A DNA stretch of 64,000 bases. It comes from Callorhinchus milii (lineage: Eukaryota). This document shows, piece by piece, positions 60,092-64,000 of the stretch. A model generated the notes under the pieces. That model saw nothing but the letters and a program-made list of their open reading frames with translations. It did no database searches and was not told the DNA's origin. The DNA lies in contig NW_024704742.1 in NCBI RefSeq assembly GCF_018977255.1, positions 42,224,001 to 42,288,000 on the forward strand. The letters run 5' to 3'. Position 1 is the stretch's first letter, and every line of letters starts with the position of its first letter. The position numbers were made by a program, and so were the translations under genes.

Positions 60092-61445
60092 GTGAGTGTG
60101 TGTCAATCCTGGGGAGGTATTGGAAAGATGAGACCCCATGTAAATACAGTAGAATCCTGTTACAATTCACTTCAGTGTGGATCCCGACATTTACTTAAGC
60201 TAAATGACTGACTTCCAGGTCATCAAGTCGCTGAAGACATCATGTTCTTCACAGGCTGCACAGGAAGTGACATTGCCAATGACATGATCATCCAGAAGTT
60301 GTCCAGTTTTGCTTCCTATTCGTAGACAATGTCTTAAAGTGGCGATGGAGCTCATTGCCTTTCTGCTCTTACACTCAGTGATTGTGAAAGCCCTGACAGG
60401 CTACAACACATAGTTATATTCATATGAATGAATGCACTCACATCCTAATATAGCTCCAGTTGGGATCTTATGGACCCAGTTTTATAAAAAGACTTATGAG
60501 GTAAGCATTGAAAGTATACGCTGTGTATAAATGTAAATTGTTATTGAGTACGAAAAAACTAAAGGCCAGTATTTGGTAATACACTACTGTATTTTCTAAC
60601 GAGAGAGAAGTGACCAAAATTATATCCGGCCACAAAATACGTTCAGAACACAAAATCAAGGCACTACTCTTGAAGCAGCAAAGCATTAAAAAAAACAGCT
60701 TAGAGCCAACCACCCTACAACACAGTAAATTTTCCATTTACTGTTGATGCATATGAAGGAAGCTCTTTGACTTCAGAACTATAGTCTTTAAAATATCAGC
60801 AGGATTTGTTGAGGTAAAACAATGCGCTCTGGAGCTGTCTTACAAAAGAGCCATTTAATAAATTGTGTTTCAATCAAAATTGAAAAATAATGCAAAATAG
60901 TCTTTGTGCATCTGAATGCACTATACATCTACCTTGATGTCAGTGTGTTAATGAACTGACAGATTGAGGTTCACATACTGCAGAACTGTTGGATAAAACT
61001 ACACCCTTCCCCACACCCCCTTGATTCCCACCCCAGGCTTGGTACTAAACTAGGATTATTAAACTCCTTGGGATGTCTTCCTAACGTGAAAGGTGCTATA
61101 TAAATGTAAATTTGTATTTTTTTGCATAAAGCTGTGTAAGAGCTATAGACATGTGCACTTCGGGTTGTTTGGTGTGTAACAGCTGTACACAGACACACAA
61201 ACAGTAGCTTTGCAAGACAGATATGAGTACAAGATGCACAATGCTGTATAATTTAAAGAAACTTATATTTCTGTATTTGCTTTGCAACTGAAACTCCAAA
61301 CAACCAAAACATTAAATTTAGCAATAGGATTAAGAAATCAAGGTTGTTCGTATCAAACAATACCTTCAGTTTGGTTGTTAATTGGGCTTTTGTTTTCAAA
61401 GACTCCATTGCATCGATTAGCAAGCTCAATGTATGGGATGTCAGT

Positions 61446-61473
61446 GGTGGGTGGGTGGGTGGGTGGGTGGGGG
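61446..61473 (+). repeat. (GGGT)n tract, potential G-quadruplex
   Basis: GGTGGGTGGGTGGGTGGGTGGGTGGGGG. Confidence 0.7.
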
Positions 61474-62504
61474 AATGTTCTAATCTCTACCAGCCTTCTG
61501 CAAATTTTAAATGTTTGAATGTCATCTATAACTCTTCCCCCCCGAGTTAAAAAGAAAGTGGATTTTGTTCATTCGGTGTGAAATGAATCTGCGAATGTGT
61601 TTTTCATAAGAGGACATACTGCGGACAGTATCCTTGGAACTATCTTATTCCAAGTGATTCATCTGAACCCATCGAACCAAACAAGGCTGATAATATGAAA
61701 ATTAATTGCAGAGTCAGGAAAGGGGGGGGAAGAGAAATGTCATGCCATAAGGCATTAATTAGACAATTCATCACTCATGCACTGTATAATGACAGGTCCT
61801 TCGGGCAAGATGTAGCTTTGTGTAACACAAAGATATCGCTTATAATTAACTCAATTACAATGCCTTGATGAGCTCGTGCCTGTCTTTTTTACATTCATCA
61901 TTTGTTGCCGTGTCTCCTGTCCAGGAAGCCAGTGCATTGGCTTTTTAGGCAGGCATGGCACGACTACTGTGCAGTATAATTGTGCCCGAGCCCTGAAGTG
62001 TTCATGTATGCACGGCGGCTCTGCTTTGTTTCAAGGCAATGAAATCTGAATATTCTGATTGAGTCTCAGCTGTGCTGTAAAGAACTCACTTTCCTTTTTT
62101 GTCAGCCCTAGCAAATTGTGTTTTAAAAAGTGATGACTGATTAAATGATCCAATAAGGCTTTAATCTCACAAACGAAGCTGTCCTTGTACTAATAGAAAC
62201 AGCACATCAGAAAGCTGGGTCTCTCATCAGAGCAAAGTTGACAACCAAGGCACTGGTTTGGCTGGCACATTTTGCCCATCAGTTGTAAGTGAATTGTCTC
62301 TCTGACAAATGATCTGCCGTTAAATCAGAGTGAGATCGAAAACATCTATCTGTCTCCCTGAAGTACTGCTGGATAATTAAAGACACTATTTTTTAATCCT
62401 CTTCACACTTCTTATGCTGATCAGCGCCTAGCAAAGGCAGTCGAGGAATGTTTGCCTGACTGAATTTGACAGTCTGACATCCCTATGCTCACAATGCTCC
62501 CATC

Positions 62505-63055
62505 AACCACAACAACAAAATTACATTTATAGAGCGCCTTTCACGTTGGGAGGACGTCCCAAAGCGCTGAACAGTCAGCTGTCGGGGCCCGAGCATGGGG
62601 GAGGGTGGTGTAGGGGGGAGGGAAGACAGAGAGGTGGGAGGGAGCCCGAAGGCACGTCGAAGAAAAGGGTCCTGAGACCAGCCTTGAGGGAGGCAAGGGA
62701 GGACGCGAGGCGAAGGCCAAAGGGATGGAGTTCCAGAGTGTGGGGGCAGAGAGGCTGAAAGCCCGGCCATCGATGGTAGGACGGGTCAGGCGGAGACATG
62801 GAGCAGGCCGGAGCCCGCTGAACGGAGGGAGCGGGCAGGTTGGTAGGGGTCAAAGAGGTAGGAGGGGCAAGGCTATGGATGGCCTTAGAGGTGAGGACGA
62901 GGATCTTGAACTCGATCCTCTGGAGGATGGGGAGCCAGTGGGGTCGGGCGAGGGTGCGAGTGATGGGGTTGCGGAGCCTGGTGCGTGAGAGTACATGAGC
63001 TGCAGAGTTTTGGATGATCTGCAGCTTGTGAAGGGAAGAGTTTGGGAGGCCCATG
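62505..63055 (-). mobile_element. L2 LINE 3' fragment
   Basis: ORF 62575..63249 contains LQIIQNSAAHVL...HWLPILQRIEFKILVLTSKAIH; reverse tail hairpin present. Confidence 0.9.
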
Positions 63056-64000
63056 TGCAATCTTTGAAAAGAGTCTGCCAGTGGAGCAGACAGGAAGCAA
63101 GGCATGTCCTTCGCTGTGTAATTGCTCCTGTAATAACAACTTTGTTCACAAAAACAACTCAATTCATTCACTACATATGACCCTAATGTTGTGTCACTGA
63201 ACCCACTCTGCACATCCACCAAGGAAAACTTAGTCAAGTAAATATACAATAGTTTTAGTTGAAGAAAATGTCTCGTAGAGTTATTACAACTACTTGTATT
63301 TATATAGTGCCCTTTACGAAGGGCAGCATCTGAGAGTGCTTTACAAAGATGGGATCAGACACCAAGTAAGGGAGAGGGATGAAGGGAGAGGTGACCATCA
63401 GCAAATTTGAATCAATAGGTTTTGAGATGAGACTTGAAGACTTATAGAGGAGGGGCCGAGAGCAAGGTATTTCCAGAGGTTCCATTTATTAAGTTATAAA
63501 GAAGGAGTTTGTATCTTCCTGGTGGCAGATGCTATTATGAGTTCACACTGTATTGTCTTTTACACTGAATCAATAATGACATGAGATGTGACCTCTATTC
63601 ATCCGGTATTTACTGCAATCCTAACACAATACCGGACTAAACGTATTTGTTCTGCATAAATAGAAATGCAAGTTGTTGTTATACTGTGATGTGTCTCATG
63701 CATCTGAGCAATGCTTCTGTCTCTTACTAACAGCAAACACCTGTCTTGAAAATATTTTCTCTCCCCTTCTCTTTATCTTACCCTTTTGGTATTAATAATT
63801 ATAATAATCCTTATATTTGATATACTGCCTTTCCTATCGGGAGGGCATCTCAAAATGCTGCACAAGATATACTGTGAAGTGACTGTGCTTATTTTCTCCC
63901 AATTCAAGTTGATTTGCTTCAAGCTAGCCTATACTCCTTTATTACACCATAGTCTCTATCTCCAAGCAAAGAGACAGTAGATCGAGTCAGACAAACATTA

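Noticed and set aside
62575..63249. Longest ORF (224 aa, minus strand) and similar ORFs at 37138..37578 and 34196..34429
   Set aside because: These are truncated L2/CR1 ORF2 C-terminal remnants fused to flanking sequence, not host genes.
129..63980. The remaining short six-frame ORFs
   Set aside because: They show no recognisable domains and are of chance length. Those with Slit peptides are exons read through into introns.
1..64000. CRISPR arrays, operons or other prokaryotic systems
   Set aside because: The sequence is a spliceosomal-intron vertebrate locus, and I saw no regularly spaced repeat-spacer structure.

Overview
Vertebrate genomic DNA. The repeat content (Deu-domain tRNA SINEs, L2 and CR1 3' ends, a Penelope-type terminus) points to a cartilaginous fish, probably a chimaera; this assignment is an inference. 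The whole window lies inside one + strand gene, slit2. I traced 23 GT-AG exons (human exons ~11-33) that splice into a continuous 2706-nt frame covering LRR domains D2 (part), D3 and D4, EGF1-6 with the PR|TSP cleavage site, and the start of the laminin-G domain. The gene start and end lie outside the window. The intronic miRNA mir-218-1 is at ~16503-16612. The most interesting signal is a set of frame-preserving microexons. Two are known from mammals: AKEQYFIP (24 nt) and AANLNEVEK (27 nt). Two are candidates I do not recognise from Slit2 annotations: 18 nt at 16008-16025 (GIHHFG, plus Gly->Cys at the junction) and 33 nt at 38071-38103 ([11 protein letters not shown]). Each candidate has a >100-nt AG-free, pyrimidine-rich acceptor and a strong donor, and each adds one cysteine to an inter-domain linker. 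Other notable items are a TSD-flanked Penelope-type fragment with a hammerhead-ribozyme core, ~95-bp direct repeats bracketing the 18-nt exon and mir-218, nested and inverted SINE/LINE copies, and unclassified repeat families. Almost all supplied ORFs are spurious, exon read-throughs or LINE remnants.
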